Shown in pieces: positions 14,336 to 26,442 of a stretch of DNA of 64,000 nt. Each line of letters opens with the position of its first letter. The first letter of the stretch is position 1. The position numbers were made by a program, and so were the translations under genes. Origin of the DNA: Eledone cirrhosa (Eukaryota); the NCBI GenBank assembly GCA_964016885.1, contig OZ024742.1:331948001-332012000 (forward strand). Direction: 5' to 3'. A model generated the notes under the pieces. It was not told the origin of the DNA, did no database searches, and worked only from the letters and a program-made list of their open reading frames with translations.

Positions 14336-14831
14336 ATATATATATATATATTATTATTTATTTTTTTCGTCATTTTGTGGGTTGTCTCCCCTTCCCGCTT
14401 CGTGTCGCTATGATACTTCCTCAGTCAAAAACTGCTGGAATTTCAAATTTGGCGGTCATTCGAGGTGAGAGAGAGCTACTGTACGGACATGATTTTTGAC
14501 AGCGGTAAGAAATTTGTTTTCTTATATTAATGTTTAATGGTCTTCCACTGACGATTTATAAGTGCCCACCTAAATATATTCTTACATAAACTAGAAACAT
14601 TCTCCCAAACTTGTAGAAAACTTATAATGAAACAATTGTTTGGAAAGAGAGATATACTTTAACTTTAATTATATCTCATAAAATAATACAACTGGTTTTC
14701 CACATTATACATATTGTTAGCACCCCAAACACTTAAATTGGGTTTATATTTTAATATAACCTAATGTTTGTTGAGTGAGCTGGTTACCAGTCAGAGTTTA
14801 GCTTTAAACTATCTCTGTTATTGTATTAAAT

Positions 14832-14944
<113 letters not shown>

Positions 14945-15500
14945 GTGTGTGTGCACGAGCGCGCATGTGTGTGTGTGTGTAGAAATGTCGTATCTCCAAA
15001 GAAGTAGCGTTTTAGGAAGCCGTAGCTATGCAAACACCGGGAGCGCTAACGTCAAACTGGTGATGTCCAACAGATGCAACGGGGACAACCGTCTATGCAT
15101 TTCAGGCTTAACTGACCTTTGTCAGGACGATCTCTCCGACTGTTTGCGACTGCTGGACTAGAAGACAGCCGAGAATATATAGTTTTCACGTTTGTGTAAA
15201 TGAGGTGATTTATCACATTTGCATATGAAGCTGCATAAGTTGGCTCATAAGTTTATAAAGGGAGAGAAACAATAATTATACATATAATTATATTCTGAAG
15301 AAAAAGTTGATATGGACTTCGAAGTTTAGGTGAACTCTTCTTTTGACAAACAAAATTATTTTGCACTGCAAACATGTATTGAGTTTTAATCTACTTAATG
15401 TCTGAATGTGTTATGTAAAATAATATTAGTAATATATATATATATATATATATATATAGTATATAATTGTATATAATATAATTGTATATAATATAGTATA

Positions 15501-15677
15501 TACTTTAGGCACACGGCCAGCAATTACCCAGTGCATTACTGGTACTTTTATTTTATCGACCCCGTAAGGATGAAAGGCAAAGTCAACCTCGGCGGGATTT
15601 GAACTCAGATCGTAAAGGGACGAAACTATGCTGGAAAGCATGGCGTCCGACCCTCTACCGATACTGCCAATCCACCG
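15501..15677 (-). mobile_element. tRNA-derived SINE, full length
   Basis: Minus strand has an A-box-like TGGCAGTATCGG and B-box GAGTTCAAATCC. Near-identical copy at 35098-35280. Confidence 0.8.
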
Positions 15678-16397
15678 AGTGTATTATATATAGTATATAA
15701 TACACTCCCCTCGGTACTGCTACATACTTGAACTACTGTCTCTCTCTGTCGTTATGTTTTCTGGGTTTTTATTTTATTTTTTCGTCTCTCTATTTTCTTT
15801 CTTTTCGCTATCGTCTCTTTTATTTTGTCTTTTCCTTCCCTATAACTACCTGAAGTTATTAACGCACTGTCTATAGATGTATCCGAAACCCACAACAGAT
15901 AACTGAAGAGGGGAATTCTCTCATGTTTATGTTTCCCTTACATTCCTAAACACTCTTCTTTATTATTAACCACACAGCAACTTGTCCCATTTAATTTTTC
16001 TTATATATATATATATACATATATATATATAATAAATATATATGTTTTAAAACTTGTCACTAATGAGATATGACAGTGTTAATCATCTAGCTAAATATGG
16101 TAATTACTATAACCTCTTATTCATAATGAAACCCTGTTTAAACCAAATTGTAAGGACAATAAAGTTTTTCCCTAAACATATCATTTGCTTGCTATTTTCG
16201 TAATCTTAATATACTATGTATTGTTAATATTATATGATTATGTATAAATGAAGCTTAAAAAAAAAATAGAAGTAGATTTTAACCTGTGCAAAACTTTTGA
16301 GCTATTTACGATATAATAGGATTGACATTATTTTATTTTGATCTATTTATATATACATACATACACACATATATACACACACATGTATATATAAATA

Positions 16398-16444
<47 letters not shown>

Positions 16445-16734
16445 ATATATATAATATATATATATATATATGGTGGCTGCCAACTCGTCTTCGAGTACGG
16501 CCACTACTTTATATCCATGTAGGAGAACCCCTACCGATACGCTGAACGAGTGTGACTTTTTAGTCCAGCCAGCGACTTGAAAACTCTGGTACAAACACTA
16601 CACTTGTGACAATTATTGACACATAGTGCTGGGCCCATGGTACCATGTGAAGACAAGTGCAGAGAGATCTCCAGATATAAAGCAATGCCTGTGCCGTGAA
16701 GCTTTTATAGTGAAACTGCGCAAAGCCAGTCCCA

Positions 16735-16790
<56 letters not shown>

Positions 16791-16966
16791 TGTGTGCCAT
16801 AGCAGAACCAGCAATACAGAGTGGAGCAGAATATTAGTATTTGTTTTTCTCGTTTGGTTAAAGAGTCAGCCGTGACGTTATGACACTTTAAAATATGTTT
16901 ATATTACCCATGGATATATCGTGTTTATTCCATGCAGCACATCTATCTGTCTCTATATATATATAT

Positions 16967-17156
16967 GAAACGCAAATTTATATTTTGAAGGCCAAAGCAA
17001 TGTGTATGACGAATGTTAAATTTCCAAGATAACAAAATAATCTTATCTTAACAAATTTAACGTTAAATTTGTTATGGTAAGATTATTTTGTTATCCTGGT
17101 AATTTAAGATTCTTCATACACATTGTTTTGGTCTTCAAATTTTGAATTTGTGTTTC
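16967..17156. repeat. Spacer-less ~190-bp imperfect palindrome between (AT)n tracts
   Basis: Centre taacaaatttaac|gttaaatttgtta; the arms pair out to gaaacgcaaatt / aatttgtgtttc. Confidence 0.85.
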
Positions 17157-20100
17157 CTAATAAACAATGCTTATATATATAGATAGACAGCGAAAGAAGG
17201 ACAGAAACGTAGATAAGGCTACCTGGTGGACTGGATAGACTCAGTCAGAAGGATATCTTGTGATAAAGGAGTAAAAATAATATCTCTCAGCAGACGAGAA
17301 ATTCACTGAATACGAACAAATTTTAGAATAATCCTTGTTCGCATAATCAACAAATGTTACACTGTCTTTACTCAGATAACACATCCACGAATCTATCACA
17401 TTTATCGTCTTTCATCACAACTTAAAAGAAAAACGATTCTAAAGAAGAATATTTCTATGATGATCTATAGATATATTAATACATTTATGTCTGAACATTT
17501 TTTTATATAAATCATTCATGTATTTTTAAATAACTTCGGGTTTCAGATAGATACGAAATGTCCATTATATCATTGAATATAATTTTTGTTTCGAACAATA
17601 CATTATATGATTCATATGTTTCTAACCAATATCCGCTTAATTTTACATATATTTTATAATCATTTAAATACATTTATTCATAATTTCATATTTTTTATAA
17701 AGCTGACACGAATTCATATTTAGTTATCATACTGTGATGTATGATAATTTATGTATGCATGACTGTGTGCGAGTAATAATGTGGTCGACGCTACTATTAA
17801 AGACAATCTGACAGTTGCCTACATTGCAGTCCTCAAAGTGACTTACTACTGGACCATAGATGATAAGTTTTATACAAAATTTATACATTAAATAACTAAT
17901 AATTTTCTGCGATGCCTAAATAAAACAGTGAACATATTTGCTACGTAGTATAATGTGGTAATATCCAAAGTGCTAATTTCTGTCACATTATTTGGCGTGG
18001 ATATGTGTTGACTCTGTAGTGAAGTGTCCAGGATTACCAATCATAGTAATAAATGTCCAAATCTAGATTCGCCAGCTTTCCAGAATGTCGGTTGAAATTA
18101 TGTCATTTGTGAGCTAGCCGCTCATAACGAAGATAATCGGGTGCAGTTGTAGACCTTGCATAGGGCTATTTAGAAAAATATTTAACATTTAATCAGTAAT
18201 AATGTGGTTTCTTTACTTTAACATTATTGATTGCGATCTTCCATATATTCAATGCTGAGCCTTATTTTATGGTTCTGTATTTGTATTTATAAGCTTCTCT
18301 GAGTAATTTCTAAGCGATATTATTCATTGAGACGTAATGTACATTACTGACTAAATCTTAAATATATATTATTAATTGCTACTCCTTAAATGTCGAGTTT
18401 ATAGACGTTTTTAAATTGACTGCCATTTCTAGTAAACATTTTATACTCGTTACTTGGTCAATTTTGTAATATAATTTGCCTTGTTGTTAATTCTGCGCAT
18501 GCGTATGTTATTTCTGCACCATGCTGAGTCATTTCGAGCATAAAAGCCCTGCAAAAGATAAATATATGTTATCTCTATTAATTTTAGGAACAAAAATTTC
18601 CTCTCTGATGATCAAGTAAATTTCTGACAGTAATTAGCCATCTTAATTAACTGAGATAGCTGATTATGTTATTTTAACTTGTGACACTGCAGTTAGGAAT
18701 TAAAGATTCGTTAAGCCTTAAAGATTTAGATTGGTTGACAAAAATGTTTGCTTCTTTGGATATGCTATTAACGTTTCTTTATATTAAAGTGCTTCACGGC
18801 AAACTTCCCATTAGTCAATTCTGAGACTTATTTGAGATAATTCAACCTTTATAGTCATAGGCTTCTCTGAGTTATACTCCAATATTATACATTGAGATAT
18901 ATTTTACATTACTGTCTAAACTTTACTTACATATATATATATATGTGTGTGTGGGGAGAGGGGGTATGTTTGTGGGGGGGAGGGGTATGTGTGGGCGTTC
19001 GTGTGCGTAAATAAGAGTGTTATTGATTATGAAATGCCTTTTAATATTTATTAAAAGGCATTCAGGCCGTGCTTATAACGTATCTGTCACAAACATCTTG
19101 CATTCAGAATCATATGACACCATATGTATTTTTTTAACGATAAAGTGTAATTCTTTTAAATATATAGCTACTATTTCAAGGAGGATCAATAACTTTTGTA
19201 GATATAGCTACTATTTCTTGAAGGATCAGTAACAATTTGACGCTGATGTTACTGTTTTATGCTGTAATTGTTGATGTTGGTTGTGTTGGTGTCGTTCATT
19301 TTAGTAGTGGAGAAAGTGATTCTGAAGAATCGAAGAAGAAACGCAATCCTACTTAAGTGTTGATTTTACTGTGGCATTTCTAAAAACAATATTGGATTTT
19401 CCAGCGATTAGAATTTCATGAAGTGGCGTGAATTAAGGAAGAAAAGTAGATGTATATGTGATATTATTTCTTTTTGTATTATTGTTATTGCATTATATTT
19501 GTATTCGGCAGGATACGTTGAAAAATCATGTAGAAGCATCAGTAATCTTTGCTACTTATTGATACAATAATCTTAAACAAATAACGAGAAAGATTTGGTG
19601 TCTCCAACTCATGTCATATCGTGAGTTTGTTGATAATAGAAAAAGTATTATCGAACTAGCTCATCACCGTCACACCACTTTCACAACCGGTGTTTCGTTC
19701 CGTTGAATTTATGTTCCAAAGACCGGATTGTATGATGAACCGAAGTGCTTCACCAAAAAGTAACGTAAAATTGACTGAGTATTGCACAGACACGTGACCT
19801 ATTGGACCAGCTCTCGGAGTTATTCAACGTGACAAAGGGGATGATATGCTGATCTTTGAATTATAGGCGCATCTCATTTTCTGCCACTGCCAGAAATCGA
19901 ACTCACACATTTATTATCGTAAACCAAACACCCTAATATCTAAAATACGTGCCTCTGCGTTTCCCACATGTTCACGCAGCTCTACATCATTTTACTTACT
20001 AGAAACAGTAGTCAAATATCACTCAAACCACATCATAATGCCATAATTGAAGACATGTTAGAAAATATGATTCGGGGATCCTGTAAATATGAAAAGGATG

Positions 20101-20433
20101 GTATGATCTCAGCTGCATAGCTTTTAATCATAGGTATGGTCAGGCATCAATTCGACTGAATATTAGCAATAAAAGGCACCTCATCATCACGCCCTCAACA
20201 ACGCCACTAGTCATTTTGATATTCACTAATACAATCAACACCGTTCACTACATCACTACAACCAACAGCAACAAACACATTAGCACCACTACCACATCCA
20301 TTACCATATTCACCCAAAGCGTCATTACAAACTGTACATATGCTCAGAAAATCCAATAAATATATATTAACTAATTTGTCCACATTCGTATATTCTGTCT
20401 GGCATATTATATATCCGAACACAGAAATATCTA

Positions 20434-20469
<36 letters not shown>

Positions 20470-21430
20470 TGTGAGAGAGAAAGTGAGAGATTTGATTTTA
20501 AATAACGACGTTCAATTTGACCGAATCTCTTGACAGTTAGATAGAATAATTTGCAGTATACGCTATGGTTCTGTTGACTTAGAATTCAAATAACGCCGAG
20601 GTCAAATTTACCTTTCATTATTTTAGACTCCGGGCTAGCACATACATTCTCTCACTCTCTGTTCCTCCCTGTCCATCTCTCTCACTCACTCTCTCTCTCT
20701 CATTCACTCTACATCTCTCTCTGGAATTTACTTGTAATTCAAACGTCCCGGTTTGTGTCATTATCTACTGATTCTTATTCGTATTAGGAATTGATTTTAA
20801 GTTAAGCATATCACTGGAATACTGAGCCGTTTACACGTTAAAAGGAATTCGATTTTTCGATCAATTCAAACGCTCATCGCTGATATCGAGTGCGATCCGG
20901 CATACACACACAACTAAGGAGTTATATAGTTGTACATATATATCCATTATTATCTTTCTCTAGCTTTCTAGATATAGATACATCATATGAAGCGTATATA
21001 TAAGTAAAAATGTTAGTCATTCTTTCACCCAGAATCTGTGAAGGCCATTTATTCTAGTTCTTTTTGCATTACGAGATTGAAGTTAGAAAAAAACACCTGG
21101 CAAGTTTGCCTGTTATATATTTTTCATTTCAATTCACTTGGACAACATTAAATGAATTAACTAGGCCATTTGTCTTCCCTATAATATCATTTAACACACG
21201 CACATAGACGAAACACGCTTAATCCTTATATATATATATACACAATATATCTACTTAATCATCTATAGCATAGACAACTCATACACGAAACGCAACCCAC
21301 AAGTAAATACATAAACGCTTGCTTACTTGTATAATTAAACATACGCGCACACAGTTGTGCATATGCTTCATTGTGTGTATTCAAATACGATTTACTGTTT
21401 GTGACATTATATATTTAATTATGTGATGAT

Positions 21431-21566
21431 AGTTACGTCCCTTTACGATCTGAGTTCAAATCGCGCAGAGGTTAACTTTGCCTTTCATCCTTACGGGGTC
21501 GATAAAATAAAGTACCAGTAATGTACTGGGTATTTGCTGGCCTTGTGCCAAAAGTAGAAACAATTA
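21431..21566 (+). mobile_element. 5'-truncated copy of the tRNA-derived SINE
   Basis: Contains ctgagttcaaatcg...ctttgcctttcatccttacggggtcgataaaataaagtaccag. Confidence 0.8.
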
Positions 21567-21604
21567 TGTGATGATTTATACATGAGAACCACACACGCAC
21601 ACAT

Positions 21605-21658
<54 letters not shown>

Positions 21659-21766
21659 CCATAGCGTATATCAAGTCCCCGCTAGCTGTTCCATTTACCG
21701 AATTATTATTATGTTTATATGAGTCCCCAGTGTCCGCACATTGCCTTGAGACTTAGCTGAGAATAG

Positions 21767-21847
21767 ACTCCCTGATGACGCAATGAATTCTCGACAGTTT
21801 AATACGTAACTGTCTTTATCCCATTGCAGAAACTAATTAGTCGGAGT
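21767..21847 (+). ncRNA. Type I hammerhead ribozyme
   Basis: ACTCC-CTGATGA-c-GCAATG...GACAGTT-taatacgt-AACTGTC...CATTGC-a-GAAA-CTAATTAG-TC-GGAGT. The core is canonical, stem III is palindromic, and cleavage is predicted after 21842. Confidence 0.8.
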
Positions 21848-22434
21848 GAAAATTTTAGTAAGTAAGTTATTTTTTTTAAATTTTCTTATTTTACGTCTTT
21901 TATATATATATATATGTATATATATATATTTATATTACTTTACGAAGGTCACCGAATTAACATAGACACATACACACAAGTGAACTCACGTGGGCACGTG
22001 TACAAATAATTGAACTCTCGGATGTTGGCTTGACATCAGTCATTCTCTATTTGACATGTTGTAACGGCATAACTCAATGCCAAACATTTGCTCTCCACTT
22101 AGCGGAAATCAATGAGAAGAGATTTTTTTTTTTCAAATATTGGTCAAGAAAAGTGTTTCACTAGTACTATCAGCATACATTCACAACAAACTCCATCGGT
22201 TTCTTTCAATTCCATTCTTTATTTATTTTCTGTATATTTTGTTTATGTGTTGCTTTATATATGGGTATAGTTAGTTGGCACCTCTCCTTTGCAAAGCTAT
22301 TATATTATTTTGTCGGAGAATTTAACTTTAGGTGAAGGAATGCGTGAAGTGGTATGAGCTGACATCATTCAAGCTGCATGTCGAAAAATTAAATCGAAAG
22401 GCTGAATTTTCTTTGATACTTATGAGCAATAATA

Positions 22435-23020
22435 ATAATGGTTTCTAACGTAAGCAAAATACCAGCAATGTTTTAAATGTGAGGAAACTCCTTTAAATTC
22501 TACCATTGATTGAGAGGTACTATATTTCTTCGAACACGGAAGAATGAAAAGCACCGTTCACCACAAAATTATTAGAACTCAAAATATAGAATTGTAAAGT
22601 GTGTTGTCCAGCATTCTAACGATTCTACCAACACACTGCCCTTATGATAATAACGGTTACTAATTTAGGCAGAAGACCAACTGTTTATTTGTGATGGGAA
22701 TGTCGATTAAATAGACGCCAGTTCGATATTGGTACTTTTATGGAAGAAATGCAAAGAAAACCTCGGCGAAATCTGAAATCAGAACGTAAAGGGCCGTAAC
22801 ACTATGCCGTAAATACGTTGTCCGATGCTGCCAGTCCTCCACCTTCAATTACAATAATGGTTTCTGATTTACGTATATGGTCAACAATTTTGGTGGACAG
22901 GCAAGTCGAATAAATCGTCCCCAGTATGTAACCGGTAATTTATTGTATCGTCCACGTAGGGATGAAAAGCAAATATAAGCCGCAAATAATGTTGTCCAAC
23001 GTGCTAATGCTACTGGAAAT
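22435..23020 (-). mobile_element. Three tandem degenerate tRNA-SINE copies
   Basis: Recurrent motifs ccagcaat...ggtac...aacctcggcgaaatctgaaatcagaacgtaaagggccgtaac, matching the SINE family; another remnant at about 24440-24560. Confidence 0.5.
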
Positions 23021-23039
23021 GCCTCAATAAAAATAATGA

Positions 23040-24420
23040 TAATATTCTTTTCCTTACATGTGTGTCTATCAATACTATCAAGGTCTTGTTTCATCCAATC
23101 AACTATTCCAGCATTATACTTCCCTATTCACTCAGACCATTGTTTTATTCCAGATGTAATATTTCCTGACTACAGCTTTGACGTGGACAATTATCTCACT
23201 CTCATGATGTACTCATTTTCAATCTTTTCTTTCATTTCACCTGTCTGATTCTTGCATCCTGCAATATACCCAAGTTTGTAACCTGTTTCTTCAATTTGGA
23301 ATATTTTCTCACCAACAGGCACTTGTCTAAACCAAACATCATGTTATCTGATACAATCCTCACTGCAGGGACAAGTGAGTGATTTTCACTTTCATTACAG
23401 CCATACAACTTTAAATCGTCCATGAAGAATAGATGGTTTAAGGGCATGGACTCTTCGCCATGTAATACCCCAAAAAATGTCCACTAAGATCAAGAATAAG
23501 GGGAAACAATATAATGATAAACAACAAGAATGATATTGAGTCACCTTGGAAAATATCTCGTCTGAGGCGAACTGCTCCTAGAATGAGAATTCCGTGTTCT
23601 ACTGTTGCATGATTTTGAATATCATTTCCTTGATCTTATCTGCTACAAGGTTGAAGGATTCCTTTAAGTGTGTGTCAGGGACATGTCGTAGGCTTTCTTG
23701 TAATCTATGAAAGCCATTGGCAAGTTCATTTTTGTTCTCTTGCATTTGTATATCAATTACCAATTGGTCCTTCGGTCCCATGGATCCTCTACAACAGGTA
23801 TGCTCATTTGCGAGGAGATTCGCTACTTCGATATGTTTGTATATCTTGTTTCAAATAACCACATACAAGAGTTTCCACAAGATTGGCAGGCACGCTATTG
23901 GTCGGTATTTGGTAGCCATATTGTCCATCCCTTTTTCCTTCGTATTAAGGACTGCTCGACCGTTGGTCACCCAATATTAGAACGTTTTCTAGCTACAACC
24001 ATTGCTGAAGACCTTGTCTGTCCTATCATACATGATGCTGACTTTCTTGTACCAGAATGCTTGGAGGATGTCAGCTTGCCATTCCTGTAACAAATGGTTT
24101 GACATCCTTGGAGTAAATGCTTATATTATCTTATTATGAAAAGAAAATATTTCACAGATGTTGTTCCAACGTCCAGTCACCTCAACTGGATAAGGAAGCA
24201 AGTTCTCTGTTTTGCATTAACCATGTAGTTCTTTATGGTGGGTGGACGTTGAATAAATAGAGTTCATCCACCAATTAACAGATCTTGTGTTATTTTGTGC
24301 TGCTGGGGTTCCACTTACCGTCCTCACCAGACCAATGACTGTTAGGCGAGCCGGTTTAGACACCGACAACCGGACCATGTTGCCGTGTGTATTTGCTTAC
24401 ATATGATGTTGTCTGTCCTG
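23040..24420 (-). pseudogene. Highly degenerate R4/Dong-type RT fragment
   Basis: Motifs LNHLFFMDDLKLYG, FGLDKC, IFQGDS and KDQLVID, as in the elements at 51-63 kb. Confidence 0.7.
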
Positions 24421-24912
24421 ACCTAATAATAAAAAAGGCTTACGATTTAGGCACTAGGCCAGCAATTTTGGGGGAAGGTAAAGTCGATTAAATTGACTCC
24501 ACTTTTTGCCTGGTACATTATTTTATCCACCCTGTAAGAATGCGACGAGTAAATTCTACGACATCAGAAGAGGAAATTACATATGAAAAAACCGGCACAT
24601 ATTTTCCATCTACCAAATTCTACAGAGAAGAATATTTTTCTGGACAGAAAACACAACGTTCCTTCCAACCTTTCTACATAACACGACTATAAATTATTCA
24701 TTTCGTTTTAACTAGACGCAAAAGGACTTTAGTGTATCGAAAACGAAATCATATAATTTGATGTTAATGTGTTTCCAAAAGTGTTACCATAAGTGATCTG
24801 AAGTCAAGCTAAATAAAAATGTAAATAGCGCCATGTTACACTGCAACTGGTATTGGATTGGCGCCTGCTGACTGAAGATTCTAATGAAACTATGATATAT
24901 ATATATATAGAG

Positions 24913-25084
24913 AGGAAAAAGTATGACCCCGACGGCAGAGCTCCAGCCGTTTCGACGGCTATTTCCTTTCCAGAAATAGCCGTCGAAACGGTTGAGCTCT
25001 GCCGTCGAGGTCATACTTTTTCCTATTTCCCACTCTACAACCCTAAGTATTGAGTACTCTGGTGCGTTATGGTCAATTCCTTTG

Positions 25085-25087
<3 letters not shown>
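24913..25087 (+). mobile_element. Non-coding fold-back element, copy A (palindrome 24913-25024 plus 3' tail to (AT)n); carries a hammerhead 3' half
   Basis: tagccgtc-GAAA-CGGT-tgagctct-GCCG-TC-gaggtc; homologous to the 25123-25321 and 49678-49884 copies. Confidence 0.75.
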
Positions 25088-25122
<35 letters not shown>

Positions 25123-25126
<4 letters not shown>

Positions 25127-25321
25127 CGGAGGAAATGTGGTAAGGAACCAGATGGACCATAACGCACCAAAGTACTCAATACTTAGGGTAGTAGAGTAGG
25201 TAATAGGAACTAGTAGGACTCCGACGGCTGAGCTCAAGCCGTTTCGACGGCTAATTCTGGACTCCAGAATTAGCCGTCGAAACGGCTTGAGCTCAGCCGT
25301 CGGGGTCCTACTCCTTCCTAT
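25123..25321 (-). mobile_element. Non-coding fold-back element, copy B (palindrome 25203-25321 plus tail)
   Basis: Near-perfect 59-bp arms centred on 25262; GAAA-CGGCT-tgagctc-AGCCG-TC motif; flanked by (AT)n on both sides. Confidence 0.8.
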
Positions 25322-25942
25322 ATATATATATTTATATATATTAGCAACCACGCAGCACGTTTATTCTCATATTTACACATATTGTTTCCCCCGCTGTGAC
25401 CCGTCTATTTCGTTCTTACTGCTTCCTCTTTCTCTGTATCTTTACCCTCTCTAACAGTCACTCTCTCTGTTAGCCTCTTCCTCACCATTCACTCACTCAC
25501 TCTCTGTTACTACCTCTCCTCCTCCTCCTTCTTCCCGTTTTACCTGTGCGTAATTCTTTTCTTTCGCACCCTTGGTCAGGCAGGTTCCATTTTTTTTCTC
25601 TCTCTCGTATACGATTTCGCAGAGTAGATTCCTTCTTCCTCCCGTTAGACCTGTACAGAATTCCTTCCTTGCTCACATTCGAACCAGGTTTGATGGTCTT
25701 TATTCTCTCTCGTTCATGATTTTACCGAACTTATATGCATGGAAATTTGGGACCTGACTCCTTCTTCATCACTTTTCGTTGCTTGATCCTCTTTGTTTGT
25801 TTACACTCTCGTGTCCCCTTTATTTACGTGTCCCAACGACTTTTTTTAGCCGTTGCTCGTACCAACCGGAGGTATATGGTCTTTAAAGCGATGAAATACC
25901 AATGATGGTTGGAAGATCACTGATGAAGGACTAACTTTATTC

Positions 25943-26205
<263 letters not shown>

Positions 26206-26206
26206 A

Positions 26207-26410
26207 TAAAATAACAGGAGGCTGGACTGGTGTAATTCCATAAAAGGTTTATTATACTATGATCGTTTCAATGACCGGGTTCAGTATGAATTCGGTGGCA
26301 TCACCTGGTATTCTATATATAACAAAGGAATATAATAGACAGAATCCATGGGGCTGAAGAGCAGGGACACGAGGGCACGAACAATTACCAGCTTCTATCC
26401 CAGTCAGCCA
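26207..26410 (-). mobile_element. Solo, diverged copy of the hammerhead-bearing terminus of the 34202-36611 element
   Basis: aaataacaggaggctggactggtgtaa is shared with 34210. The hammerhead at 26254-26311 has a mutated core (CAGGTGA...GAAA-CGATCA-TA). Confidence 0.75.
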
Positions 26411-26442
26411 CCCACAAACCTAAATTAATATATATATATATA

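Noticed and set aside
14380-14512. Possible host promoter or first exon (TTCAAA-TTTGGCGG, donor-like GGTAAG)
   Set aside because: Only short motifs are present, with no linked coding exons identifiable in the window.
18290-18930. Diverged ~70-bp direct repeat (18292-18360 versus 18861-18926)
   Set aside because: It looks like an old local duplication with no structure or element hallmarks.
15845-25935. Partial hammerhead-like words at about 15904 (CTGAAGAGG), 16542 (CTGAACGAG...GAAAC), 24872 (CTGAAGA...GAAAC) and 25920 (CTGATGAAGG)
   Set aside because: Stems I and III cannot be formed or the motif is truncated. They may be relics but are not supportable.
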